Below, one piece after another: positions 54,318 through 63,860 of a stretch of 64,000 nt of DNA. Source of the stretch: Candidatus Enterenecus merdae (lineage in GTDB: Bacteria; Bacillota; Clostridia; Oscillospirales; Oscillospiraceae); assembly GCA_018716385.1 (NCBI GenBank), contig DVJZ01000041.1, positions 3,485-67,484 of the forward strand, read 5' to 3'. The notes beneath the pieces were generated by a model. That model worked only from the letters and a program-made list of their open reading frames with translations, did no database searches and was not told the DNA's origin. Position 1 is the stretch's first letter, and every line of letters begins with the position of its first letter. Both the position numbers and the translations under genes were made by a program.

Positions 54318-54355
54318 AAAAGGAAAGGACAACCTTTCGGTTGTCCTTTCCTTTT
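54318..54355 (-). terminator. Terminator after tRNA-Gln
   Basis: 17-bp perfect stem aaaaggaaaggacaacc / ggttgtcctttcctttt. Confidence 0.75.
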
Positions 54356-54429
54356 GGCAGCGGATGAAGGATTCGAACCCTCACAAACAGAGTCAGAGTC
54401 TGGTGTGCTACCATTACACTAATCCGCTA
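54355..54429 (-). tRNA. tRNA-Gln(CTG)
   Basis: TAGCGGA...CAGA CTCTGAC TCTG...GGTTCGAATCC...TCCGCTG-CCA; 75 nt with encoded CCA. Confidence 0.93.
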
Positions 54430-54571
54430 TTCCTCCCCCTGTCCTTGGGGCAAGCATGGTTATTATAGCAGATTCCTATCGTTTGTCAACCCTCAAATTT
54501 TCCGCCCAACCCACACGGTAAAGGCCGCCCTGGTTATCCGGGGCGGCCTTTGCCAATGCTGTTTCATTCGC

Positions 54572-55474
54572 TTATGCGTAGAAGGCGTGGTTGCCGATGG
54601 TGGCCACATAGGGCCGGGTCTGGGCAGCGTAACTGTTCAGCCCTGCCACGTTGAAGAACAGCGCGTCGCCCAGAACCACCGCCCCGTCCAGCACCATCTT
54701 GGCCGCCTCCACCGAGGCCGCGTTGGGCGTGCGGTGGATGGAGCCGGTCATGGCCGGGGTGAACTGGTTGCGCTGAAAGATCACCTCATAGACCGTGTCG
54801 GGGAACAGGGGGCTGGCCACCCGGTTCATCACCACGTTGCCCACCGCGATCTTGCCGTCCATGGGCTGATTGCCACTCTCGGCGTAGATGATGCGGGACA
54901 GCCAGTACAGCACGTCGCTGTCATAATACTGATCCCCGCTGGTCAGGTAGGCCCCCGCCCCCGCCTGGCTGGTGAGGGTGACGTTGCCTGTGGCCCCGTC
55001 ATACCCCACATCCAGGTTGAACACCTCGGCCAACACCCGGATGGGCGCCGCTACCGAACCGTTCAGGGTCATCACCCCGTCCGCCACATACAGGTAGCGG
55101 CCGTTGGCGATCACATACGGGGCGCCCTTGACAGCGCCCAGGATGAGGGTCTCCTCCACCACATTGGCCTGGGTGTCCGATCCGGCCACGTCCACCACCT
55201 GGGTCACCGTGGCGGCCGAGACGTACACGCCTCCCTCCCACTCCTCGATCATGGCCTGCTCCTGCATGGCCTCCACGAAGGAGCGCACCGTGATATAGTT
55301 CACGCCGTTGTAGAGCCGGTACTCCAGCGTTTCCGCCGGCGCCCCGTCCAGATAGATGTCAGAGGTGGGCGCCTCCAAGCTGGACAGGTCATTTGTTGTG
55401 CTGGCAAACGCAGGCAGGGCCAGGCTGATGGCCAGCAGCCCCGCCAGGGCCAAACCGGTTACTCGAAGTTTCAT
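54572..55474 (-). CDS. Secreted SleB/CwlJ-type cell wall hydrolase with an N-terminal Cu-amine-oxidase-N-like domain
   Basis: Signal peptide; LSRIIYAESGNQPMDGKIAVGNVVMNRV, QFTP, and IGNHAFY motifs. Confidence 0.87.
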   Translation of the reverse strand: MKLRVTGLALAGLLAISLALPAFASTTNDLSSLEAPTSDIYLDGAPAETLEYRLYNGVNYITVRSFVEAMQEQAMIEEWEGGVYVSAATVTQVVDVAGSDTQANVVEETLILGAVKGAPYVIANGRYLYVADGVMTLNGSVAAPIRVLAEVFNLDVGYDGATGNVTLTSQAGAGAYLTSGDQYYDSDVLYWLSRIIYAESGNQPMDGKIAVGNVVMNRVASPLFPDTVYEVIFQRNQFTPAMTGSIHRTPNAASVEAAKMVLDGAVVLGDALFFNVAGLNSYAAQTRPYVATIGNHAFYA

Positions 55475-55615
55475 GGAATCCTCCTTGCTACAATTTGTTG
55501 TCAAATTGTAACCGTATTGTAACCGATTTTATACCGCTTTGCAAGAATTTTCCCACGACAAAATAACCGAACCTTCCCATTGGAAAGGTTCGGTCCTCCG
55601 TCCATGTGTACAATT

Positions 55616-56419
55616 TTACCGGTAAAACCAATGTCTGCCGATGGTGACCACGAACTCCCGATTCTCCATCACCCAGAAGTTTGTGGCAATGTCCGGGGCG
55701 ATGAAGAACAGGCTGTCCCCTGCCATCCGGGCCCCCTCCAGGCACAGCTTGGCGGCCAGTACGCTCTCCGCCGTGGGCTCTTGATAGATCATGCCGTTGA
55801 CGGTGGGGGTGAACTGCACGCCCCACTTATCATCGAAGATCACGTCATAGATCGTGTTGGGGAACTCGTTGCTGGCCACCCGGTTGAGCACCACCGTCCC
55901 CACCGCGATCTTGCCCGCCAGGGGCTCTCCCTGGCTCTCAGCAGAGATGATCCGGGACAGCCAGTACAGCTCATCCTGGGTATAGGGGGCGGGCCCGGGC
56001 ACCCCGCTGCCCACGGTGAGGGTGATCCCCGCCGACGGGCTCCAGTCCACCCATCCGCCCAGGGCCTCGGCCAGCACCCGGATGGGCACCATGACCCGGC
56101 CGCTTTCCATCTGGACCAGCTTGGGTACGTACAGCGCACGGTCGTTCACCGTGACGTAGTTCTGGCCGGGCCTTGCCCGGAGGGTCACGCCATCCCCCCG
56201 CACCCAGGCCGTTCCATCCTCCCAGCTCACCTGGGCCTGGGGAGCCAGCACGTTGGACACCACCCGCAGGGACACATAGGTGGTTCCATCCTCCAGCCGG
56301 GCCATGGACTCGGTCCATAGGTTCTGCCCGTTCACCGTCAGCACAGAGGCGGACCCCGGCAGGATCAGCGCCACGCCCAGGGCCAGCGCCAAGGCTACTG
56401 CGGCCAGTCTCTTCCACAT
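55616..56419 (-). CDS. Second SleB/CwlJ-type cell wall hydrolase (paralog)
   Basis: Signal peptide; LSRIISAESQGEPLAGKIAVGTVVLNRV, QFTP, and IGRHWFY motifs. Confidence 0.87.
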   Translation of the reverse strand: MWKRLAAVALALALGVALILPGSASVLTVNGQNLWTESMARLEDGTTYVSLRVVSNVLAPQAQVSWEDGTAWVRGDGVTLRARPGQNYVTVNDRALYVPKLVQMESGRVMVPIRVLAEALGGWVDWSPSAGITLTVGSGVPGPAPYTQDELYWLSRIISAESQGEPLAGKIAVGTVVLNRVASNEFPNTIYDVIFDDKWGVQFTPTVNGMIYQEPTAESVLAAKLCLEGARMAGDSLFFIAPDIATNFWVMENREFVVTIGRHWFYR

Positions 56420-56790
56420 AGGGCACATCACTCCTTATTCAGTTTGTTTGCTCCGTGGAGATTGTACCGGAAATTCCCCACCCGGGGCAAGGAGTAATGT
56501 TTGCCTGCCCTACCACACCCTGTCTGAGGCATTCTTCCAATAAATAATAATGTAGGAAGATCAAAAGCGCCGCTGACCATGAAACCTTCCAAAGCATAAA
56601 AGCTCCATCCAGGAGCTGAAAGATCTCCCTCTGCATATGAATCTCATGGGCAATTTTATCTATAATTTAGGCCCTATAGTCATTTTTGATTTCCTAATTA
56701 TGGAATCCATTGTCATGCGTGGAAACAGCGCCAAGGACTGCCAGAGCAAGAAAAACCCGCAACCCATTGCATCGTCTGGGTTGCGGGTTT

Positions 56791-56881
56791 TGGCGCAGCG
56801 GGAGGGATTCGAACCCTCGAGCGGTTTCAGCCGCTACACGATTTCCAATCGTGCTCGTTATGACCTCTTCGATACCGCTGC
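56791..56881 (-). tRNA. tRNA-Ser(GGA)
   Basis: GCAGCGG...CACGA TTGGAAA TCGTG, long variable arm AGCGG-CTGAAA-CCGCT, GGTTCGAATCC, CCGCTGC-GCCA; 91 nt. Confidence 0.92.
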
Positions 56882-56941
56882 ATCAGCCGGCAGATGGGGT
56901 CAACCTATGTTATTATAACCAGCTTTCTCTGCTCTGTCAAG

Positions 56942-58438
56942 CTATTTTTTCCCCCTCTCCCGCCTGCGGCAACCCTGCTCACGGCGGCCAGGGCGAAGCT
57001 GAAAGCCCCGGCGGCGGCTCCCGTCTCCGGCCCTCGCCAATTCTCCCTCCAGCGGGGCCTCCCGTACCGGTCGCCGCTCCCTCAGCCACCGTCCCAGCAG
57101 ATGCAGCGCCTCCGGCGAGAGCAGCAGCAGCGCCAGCAGGTTGGGGATGGCCAGCAGCCCATTGAGCAGGTCCACCAGTTCCCACACCGCTGACAGATCG
57201 GCCACCGCCCCCAGCATCACGCAGCCGGGAAAGATCAGCTGGTATGCCCCGGCGGCCAGGCGGGAACCGGTGAGGGCCTCCAGCCCCCGGCGGCCATAAT
57301 ACCCCGCCCCCAGTAAGGAGGTGAAGGCAAACAGGATCAGGCTGACCGAGACGATCCACTCCCCCGCCCCGCCCAGTACCGTGGCAAAGCTCGCCGCGGT
57401 GAGGGGGGCGCCCAAGGCGCTGTCAGGCACCGAACCCTGGGCAATCAGATCCAGCGCCCCCTCGGGGGTGTACACCCCTGAGGTGAGGATCACCAAAGCG
57501 GTGACGGTGCAGATGACCAGAGTGGCAAAGAACACCTCAAAGATCCCCCACATTCCCTGCTCCGCCGGTTCCTCCACATCAGCGCAGGCGTGGGCGATGG
57601 CCGACATTCCCAGCCCCGCCTCGTTGGTGAACACCCCCCGGGCTACCCCATAGCGCAGGGCCAGCCCCATACCGTAGCCCCCCACCGCCGCCCTGGGCTG
57701 GAAGGCATAGCGCACGATGTCCGCCAATGCGTCGGGTACTGCTTGGACATGAGTGAAGATCACCACCAGCCCGCCGCCGAGAAACAGCAGGGCCATCAGC
57801 GGTACCAGCAGCTCGCTCAGCCGCCCCACCCGGCGGATCCCTCCCAACAGCACCACCGATACCACCACCGCCAGCACCACCCCCACCGTCAGCCGGTTTG
57901 TCCCGGCCTGGGCGGACAGGGCGGTGGCGATAGAGTTAGACTGGGCCAGATTGCCCCCCACCAAGGTCTCTGCCACACACAATAGCGCGTACAGCTTCGC
58001 CAACCCTGGCAGGTTCAGCCCCCGGCGGATATACTCCATGGGCCCGCCCCGCCATTGGCCGTCCGGCCCCTTCTCCCGGTGGCGCACCGCCAGGATCTTT
58101 TCCGCGCACCCGGTCATCATCCCCAGCAGGGCGGACACCCACATCCAGAACACCGTCCCCGGCCCGCCATAGAAGATGGCCGCGGCCACCCCAGCGATGG
58201 AGCCGGTGCCGATGGTGGCGGCCAGGGCGGTGGACAGCGCCTGGAGCTGGCTCACCCCCGCCCCTTTCTCCTCCTTCCGCCGCCGAAGCAGCGAGCCCGC
58301 CGAAGCCCGCCACCACACCGGGAAGCGGAAGAGCTGGAAAAACCCGGTGCGCAGAGAATAGTAGCCACCTACCAACAGGAAGGCAGCCAGCAGCGGCCCG
58401 CCCCAGAGCAGGCCGCTCAGATCCGATAAAAACGCCAT
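56942..58438 (-). CDS. Alanine/glycine:cation symporter (AGCS family)
   Basis: ALAATIGTGSIAGVA, GGPGTVFWMW, GGPMEYI, and RGVFTNEAGLG motifs. Confidence 0.92.
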   Translation of the reverse strand: MAFLSDLSGLLWGGPLLAAFLLVGGYYSLRTGFFQLFRFPVWWRASAGSLLRRRKEEKGAGVSQLQALSTALAATIGTGSIAGVAAAIFYGGPGTVFWMWVSALLGMMTGCAEKILAVRHREKGPDGQWRGGPMEYIRRGLNLPGLAKLYALLCVAETLVGGNLAQSNSIATALSAQAGTNRLTVGVVLAVVVSVVLLGGIRRVGRLSELLVPLMALLFLGGGLVVIFTHVQAVPDALADIVRYAFQPRAAVGGYGMGLALRYGVARGVFTNEAGLGMSAIAHACADVEEPAEQGMWGIFEVFFATLVICTVTALVILTSGVYTPEGALDLIAQGSVPDSALGAPLTAASFATVLGGAGEWIVSVSLILFAFTSLLGAGYYGRRGLEALTGSRLAAGAYQLIFPGCVMLGAVADLSAVWELVDLLNGLLAIPNLLALLLLSPEALHLLGRWLRERRPVREAPLEGELARAGDGSRRRGFQLRPGRREQGCRRRERGKK

Positions 58439-58562
58439 GTCCACACCCCCTGTCCTATGGGTATGCGGACATGGCTTTGCGGTATGACTGTCCTCCAATC
58501 TCTAGTACCTTGCAGGGGCCTTGCAGCGGTTTCCCCCCGGGGGCGACCCCCAGATGGATCAC

Positions 58563-58817
58563 TCCACCGTCACGCTCTTGGCCAAGTTCTGGGGCTTGTC
58601 AATATCGCAGCCACCCCCCACGGGCCAGGCCCCGTGGGGGCCCCATTGCTTTGAATGCTCGGACGGAGTGAATCCGCCCTGCGCAAATCTCCGCTCCGCT
58701 CCGATTTTACGCGCCACCCGGCGCGGGGATGCGCGGCTGCCTGATTCTTTTCCAATTCCCCTTTTATTCCACCGTCACGCTCTTGGCCAAGTTCCGGGGC
58801 TTGTCAATATCGCAGCC
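58563..58817. mobile_element. 151-bp palindromic insert (58613-58763) flanked by a 50-bp direct duplication of the glmS 3' end
   Basis: 58563-58612 matches 58768-58817 at 49/50 positions (t58590 vs c58795). The insert carries the hairpin cccccacggg-ccaggc-cccgtggggg. The duplication is directly observed; mobility is inferred. Confidence 0.65.
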
Positions 58818-60593
58818 GCGCATCAGGGCCACATAGTAGGAAAACAGCTGCAGCGGCACCACCCCCAGGGAGGGCAGCAGCATGGGATGGGTGTCCGGGA
58901 TGGTCACCAGCCCGTTGGCCACCTTTCCCATCTCCTCCCGATGGCCCTCGGTGGTCAGGGCCAGCACATCCGCCCCCCGGCTCTTCACCTCCACCACATT
59001 GCTCATGGCCTTTTCAAACAGCCGGCTGTATGTGGCCAGGGCCACCACCAGCGTTCCCTGCTCGATCAGCGAGATGGTCCCGTGCTTCAGTTCCCCGGAG
59101 GCATAGGCCTCGGAGTGGATGTAGGAGATCTCCTTGAGCTTTAGCGAGCCCTCCAGCCCCAGGGCGTAATCCAGGTTGCGCCCGATGTAGAATACCGAGG
59201 CGTGGTTGAAATACTGGGAGGCGTAATACTGGATGTCCGCCCGGTTTTCCAGCACCTGCTCCATCTTGGCCGGCAGCAGCAGAAGCTCCTGGACAATGGT
59301 CTGGTACTCCTCCTGCGCGACCGTACCCAGCCGCTGGGCCAGATACAGCCCCAACAGGTTCAGAACCGCTAGCTGGGTGGAGTAAGCCTTGGTGGTGGCC
59401 ACGGCGATCTCCGGCCCCGCCCAGGTGTACAGCACCCCGTCCGACTCCCGGGCGATGGACGAGCCCATCACGTTGACGATGGACACCACCTTCCCCCCTA
59501 GACGCTTGGCCTCCCGCAGGGCGGCCATGGTGTCCAGCGTTTCCCCCGACTGGCTGATGACCAGCACCAGGGTGCGGTCATCCACAATGGGCTGCTGATA
59601 GCGGAACTCCGAGGCCAACGCCACCTCCACCGGCAGGCGCAACAGCCCCTCCAGGTTGTACTTGCCCACCATGCCCACATGGTAGGACGAGCCGCAGGCC
59701 ACAATATAGATCTTGCGCATCCCCTGGATGTCTTCATCGGTGAGGGGAAAGTCCTCCAAGCAGACCTGCCCATCCTGGACCCGGGGGAAGATGGCCCGGC
59801 GCAGCGCCTCTGGCTGCTCCAGGATCTCCTTGAACATGAAGTGCTCATATCCGCCCTTTTCCGCCGCATCGATCTCCCAGTCCACATGGCTGGTCTGCTT
59901 CTCCACCGGCTGGAGGAAGTGGTTGTAGCACCGCACCCCCTCCCGGGTGAGCACCGCCACCTCTCCGTCCTCCAGATAGATGACCTCCCGGGTGTGCTTG
60001 AGGATGGCCGTCACGTCGGAGGCCAGGAAGTTCTCCCCCTCCCCCACTCCCAAAATCAGCGGGCTGTCCCGGCGCACGGCCACCAGCTGGTCGGGGGTGT
60101 CCGCGCACAGGATGCCCAGGGCATAGGCCCCCTCGATCCGATGCAGCACCCGCCCCACTGCCTGGAGCAGATCCCCCTCATAGAAGTACTCAATGAGCTG
60201 GGCCACCACCTCGGTGTCCGTCTGGGAGGTAAAGGGCACCCCCTGGCGCTCCAGAAACTGCTTCAGGGCCGAGTAGTTCTCAATGATGCCGTTGTGCACC
60301 ACGGCGATCCGGCCGCTGCGGCTGACCTGGGGATGGGAGTTGACGTCGGAGGGAGCCCCGTGGGTGGCCCATCGGGTGTGGCCGATCCCCGTGCACCCCT
60401 GGATAGCCCGCCCCCCCTGCAGCATGTCCGAGAGCACCTGGAGCCGGCCCTTGGCCTTGGCCACCTCCAGCTCCTCGCCGGTGTAAACGGCCACGCCGGC
60501 TGAGTCGTACCCCCGGTACTCCAGCCGGGCCAGCCCGTCCAACAGAATGGGGGCGGCCTGCTCCCCGCCGATGTATCCTACAATTCCACACAT
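58764..60593 (-). CDS. glmS: Glutamine--fructose-6-phosphate aminotransferase
   Basis: MCGIVGY, LEYRGYDSAG, GHTRWATHG, SQSGET, and DKPRNLAKSVTVE motifs. Confidence 0.98.
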   Translation of the reverse strand: MCGIVGYIGGEQAAPILLDGLARLEYRGYDSAGVAVYTGEELEVAKAKGRLQVLSDMLQGGRAIQGCTGIGHTRWATHGAPSDVNSHPQVSRSGRIAVVHNGIIENYSALKQFLERQGVPFTSQTDTEVVAQLIEYFYEGDLLQAVGRVLHRIEGAYALGILCADTPDQLVAVRRDSPLILGVGEGENFLASDVTAILKHTREVIYLEDGEVAVLTREGVRCYNHFLQPVEKQTSHVDWEIDAAEKGGYEHFMFKEILEQPEALRRAIFPRVQDGQVCLEDFPLTDEDIQGMRKIYIVACGSSYHVGMVGKYNLEGLLRLPVEVALASEFRYQQPIVDDRTLVLVISQSGETLDTMAALREAKRLGGKVVSIVNVMGSSIARESDGVLYTWAGPEIAVATTKAYSTQLAVLNLLGLYLAQRLGTVAQEEYQTIVQELLLLPAKMEQVLENRADIQYYASQYFNHASVFYIGRNLDYALGLEGSLKLKEISYIHSEAYASGELKHGTISLIEQGTLVVALATYSRLFEKAMSNVVEVKSRGADVLALTTEGHREEMGKVANGLVTIPDTHPMLLPSLGVVPLQLFSYYVALMRGCDIDKPRNLAKSVTVE

Positions 60594-60629
60594 ACGCGCT
60601 TGCCTCCAGGATCTTGATGGTTTTTGGCC

Positions 60630-61586
60630 TCACGCCGGCCCGGGCCCCAGCTCTCCCGCCTCCCGCTGGATGTGCGCGTCCACCTGATTGGCAAACTCCA
60701 GCGCCGCGTTGTGACCCATCTTCTTGTTGCGGTTGTTCATGGCAGCCACCTCAATGATCACCGCCAGGTTCCGCCCTGGCTTGACCGGAATGGTCAGGGT
60801 GGGCACCTCCACGTCCAGCAGGGTGGTAAAGAACTCATCCGCTCCCAGCCGGTCGTACACCGCCCCGTCCTGCCACACCTCCAGGTTGATCAGCAGGTCC
60901 ACCGCGCAGTCAAACTTCACCGCAGACATGCCAAACAGCCGGCGCACATCCACCACCCCGATGCCCCGCAGCTCGATGTAGTGGCGGATCAGTTCCGGGG
61001 CGGTGCCCGAAAGGCGGTTGTTCAACCCCCGGCGGATCTCCACCGCGTCGTCGGCGATGAGCCGGTGGCCCCGCTTGACCAGCTCGATGGCCGTCTCGCT
61101 CTTGCCCACCCCCGACTCCCCCATCAGCAGCACCCCTTCTCCGTACACTTCCACCAGCACCCCGTGGCGGGTGATGGTGGGGGATAGGGCCATGCGCAGA
61201 TAGGCGATGAGGGTGCTCATGATGTTGGCGGTGTTCTCCTGGGTGCGCAGCACCACCCGCCCGTGCTTGCGGGCCATCTCCAACAGCTCGGGAAAGGGCT
61301 CCAGCCCCCTGGCCAAGATCACCGCCGGCACCTGATAGCCCAGCAGCATATCAAACCGGTCCCGCCGCTGCTCCCCGGTCAACCGCTCCAGGTAGGAGGT
61401 CTCCACCAGGCCGATCATCTGGATGCGCTTTTCGTCAAAGTAGTCGAAAAAGCCGGTCAGCTGCATCCCGGCTCGGTTGACATCCTCGGTGGTGATCTCC
61501 CCTTCCCGGTATCCCTCGGGGCCATAGAGCACCTCAAAGTTGAAGTTGTCGATGATGCTGCCCAGGCGGATCGCTGCACCGGCCAT
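60630..61586 (-). CDS. hprK: HPr kinase/phosphorylase
   Basis: HGVLVEVYGEGVLLMGESGVGKSETAIEL, ADDAVEI, and PVKPGRNLA motifs. Confidence 0.96.
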   Translation of the reverse strand: MAGAAIRLGSIIDNFNFEVLYGPEGYREGEITTEDVNRAGMQLTGFFDYFDEKRIQMIGLVETSYLERLTGEQRRDRFDMLLGYQVPAVILARGLEPFPELLEMARKHGRVVLRTQENTANIMSTLIAYLRMALSPTITRHGVLVEVYGEGVLLMGESGVGKSETAIELVKRGHRLIADDAVEIRRGLNNRLSGTAPELIRHYIELRGIGVVDVRRLFGMSAVKFDCAVDLLINLEVWQDGAVYDRLGADEFFTTLLDVEVPTLTIPVKPGRNLAVIIEVAAMNNRNKKMGHNAALEFANQVDAHIQREAGELGPGPA

Positions 61587-61767
61587 GGCCCATCCCTCCC
61601 CTTCCGTGGCTTCCAAGCAAGTAGAATCGTTCTTATTCTACCACAGATTGCCCGGGAAAAAAATAGGCGTTTGCGGAAATTTCAGGCTTGATTTTTTGGC
61701 GAATATCTGCTAAGATAGCGTAGTTATCGTGTGAACGCAAATCTGAGCAGCAAGGAGGTTTGTCAGT

Positions 61768-61956
61768 ATGGCCAAATGTGAGTTTTGCGGCAAGGGCGTC
61801 AAGTTCGGCATCCAGGTCTCCCATTCCCACCGTCGCTCCAACCGCCCCTGGAAGCCCAACGTCAAGCGCGTAAAGGCTGTGGTGGACGGCACTCCCAAGC
61901 ACGTTTCTGTGTGCACCCGCTGCCTGCGCTCCGGCAAGGTCACCCGCGCGGTGTGA
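61768..61956 (+). CDS. rpmB: 50S ribosomal protein L28
   Basis: MAKCEFCGK, SHSHRRSNRPWKPNV, and CTRCLRSGKV motifs. Confidence 0.96.
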   Translation: MAKCEFCGKGVKFGIQVSHSHRRSNRPWKPNVKRVKAVVDGTPKHVSVCTRCLRSGKVTRAV

Positions 61957-62122
61957 GCTTGCATCCCAGAGGTTGAAATGCCCGCTGCGCTGGCCCTTGC
62001 CAGCCAGGGGGCATTTTCGTTTGTCCCACATTTGTCCCATTGCTTCCCGTGGGCCCTCGGGCCTCCGCGGGGTTTGACCGGCGGCCCACGGCCTGGGCCG
62101 CCCAGATCGGGAGGTCTCTACC

Positions 62123-62707
62123 ATGATGCCCATACCCGCCGCCTATCCCTTCCCCACCCCTTTGGGCACGCTGCTGCTGGCCAGCGATGGCCAGGCCATC
62201 ACCGGGGCCTGGTTCCAGGACCGGCCTCGGCCGCTGCGCATCCCCGCCCTTGCGGGAGATAACCCGGCCTTGGCTCTGGCCAGGGACTGGCTGGAGGTCT
62301 ACTTCCAGGGCCGGGCCCCCGGCCCCCCGCCCCCTCTGCGCCTGGTGGGCACCCCCTTCCAGCGGGAGGTCTGGCAGCAGCTGTTGACCATCCCCTACGG
62401 CCAGACCACCACCTATGGGGAGTTGGCCTCCACCCTGGCCCGTCAGCGAAAACTGCCTGCCCTGGCCGCCCGGGCGGTGGGTCATGCGCTGGGGCGCAAT
62501 CCGCTGGCCATCCTGGTGCCCTGCCACCGGGTGCTGGGCCGGGACGGCTCCCTCACCGGCTATGCCTGGGGACTGGAGCGCAAGCGGGCCCTGCTGGAGA
62601 TGGAAGGCGTGACGGGGCTGCCCCTCCAAGGTGGGCATCCCACCCTGGATCAGGGAAGCTGCCCAGCCCCCAGCCAGAGGGAGAGCACCCATCCCACAAT
62701 CGAGTGA
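62123..62707 (+). CDS. ogt: Methylated-DNA--protein-cysteine methyltransferase
   Basis: GTPFQREVW, IPYGQTTTYG, ARAVG, active site PCHRV, and GYAWG. Confidence 0.92.
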   Translation: MMPIPAAYPFPTPLGTLLLASDGQAITGAWFQDRPRPLRIPALAGDNPALALARDWLEVYFQGRAPGPPPPLRLVGTPFQREVWQQLLTIPYGQTTTYGELASTLARQRKLPALAARAVGHALGRNPLAILVPCHRVLGRDGSLTGYAWGLERKRALLEMEGVTGLPLQGGHPTLDQGSCPAPSQRESTHPTIE

Positions 62708-62797
62708 GACAGCCGGAGATGGGTGGGCATCTCCCTTGCCGTTTGAGAGGGGAAAACCAAACAACCCCTGAGGGAGCAGTCCAAGCAAACAGATAGC

Positions 62798-62831
62798 GCG
62801 GGGCGCCGGGAAGTCTCCTTCCCGGCGCCCC
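62798..62831. terminator. Terminator hairpin between ogt and gpsA
   Basis: Stem ggggcgccgggaag / cttcccggcgcccc. Confidence 0.65.
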
Positions 62832-62843
62832 GTTGTATCCGAT

Positions 62844-63860
62844 TTATAGCCAGGACTGCTCCGCCTCCGGCTCCTGCTCCCACCTGGCTTGCCGGGCCAT
62901 CAGGCTGCGCAGCACCTGCTGAGGGTCCTTGCCCTGGTAGAGCACCTCATAGGCCCCAAAGGTGATGGGCATCTCCACCCCAGCTTTGTCCGCCAGTTCC
63001 TTGGCGCTGGCCGCGGCGTAGTAGCCCTCTACCACTGCGCCCCCCAGCTCCTCCATGGCCTGTTGGACGCTCTTGCCCTGGCCCACCAGGATGCCCGCCC
63101 GGCGGTTGCGGGAGTGCATGGAGGTGCACGTGACGATCAGATCTCCCAACCCTGCCAGCCCTGCAAAGGTCTCCTTCCGCGCCCCCATGGCCACCCCCAG
63201 CCGGGCCATCTCCGTCAGCCCCCGGGTCATCAGCATGGCCTTGGTATTGTCCCCATAGCCCATGCCGTCGCAGCAGCCAGCGCACAGGGCGATCACGTTT
63301 TTCATAGCCGCCCCCACCTCCACCCCCACGATATCCGGGGAGGTGTAAATGCGAAAGCGTTGATTCATGAACATCTCCTGCACCAGCACTGCCGCCTGCC
63401 GGTCCTCGCAGGCCACCACCACCGCCGTGGGCAGCCGGCGCCCAACCTCTTCGGCGTGGGATGGGCCGGAGAGCACCACCACCGGCCGCTCTCCGCCCAG
63501 CTCCTGCTCAGCCACTTGGTGCAGCAGCAGCGAGCTGCCCCGCTCAATGCCCTTGGAGGCCAGCACCACCGGCGTCCCCGGGTCAGCCAGCCCCCCCAAC
63601 CGCCGGGTGGTCTCCCGCACGGCGAAGGAGGGAGTGGCAAGCACAATTACCTGACAGCCCTTTACACAGCTCAGATCTGTGGTTAGCGCCAACTCCTCCG
63701 GCAGCGGCACCCCGGGCAGCATGGGGTTCTCCCGCTCTGTCCGCAACCGGTCGCACTCCTGCTGAGTATGGCTCCAAAGGGCCACCTGGTGGCCGTTCTC
63801 CAGCAGTACCAAGGCCAGGGCGGTACCCCAGGCCCCGCTGCCAATCACCGCCGCCCTCAT
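62844..63860 (-). CDS. gpsA: NAD(P)H-dependent glycerol-3-phosphate dehydrogenase
   Basis: GSGAWGTALA, SGPSHAEEV, KNVIALCAG, GDNTKA, and TCTSMHSRN motifs. Confidence 0.96.
   Translation of the reverse strand: MRAAVIGSGAWGTALALVLLENGHQVALWSHTQQECDRLRTERENPMLPGVPLPEELALTTDLSCVKGCQVIVLATPSFAVRETTRRLGGLADPGTPVVLASKGIERGSSLLLHQVAEQELGGERPVVVLSGPSHAEEVGRRLPTAVVVACEDRQAAVLVQEMFMNQRFRIYTSPDIVGVEVGAAMKNVIALCAGCCDGMGYGDNTKAMLMTRGLTEMARLGVAMGARKETFAGLAGLGDLIVTCTSMHSRNRRAGILVGQGKSVQQAMEELGGAVVEGYYAAASAKELADKAGVEMPITFGAYEVLYQGKDPQQVLRSLMARQARWEQEPEAEQSWL

Noticed and set aside
58768-58817. A Tn7 insertion at attTn7
   Set aside because: There are no tns genes or Tn7 ends, and Tn7 makes a 5-bp duplication downstream of glmS rather than a 50-bp duplication of coding sequence.
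60594-60629. glmS ribozyme
   Set aside because: Only 36 bp separate hprK and glmS, which leaves no room for the ribozyme.
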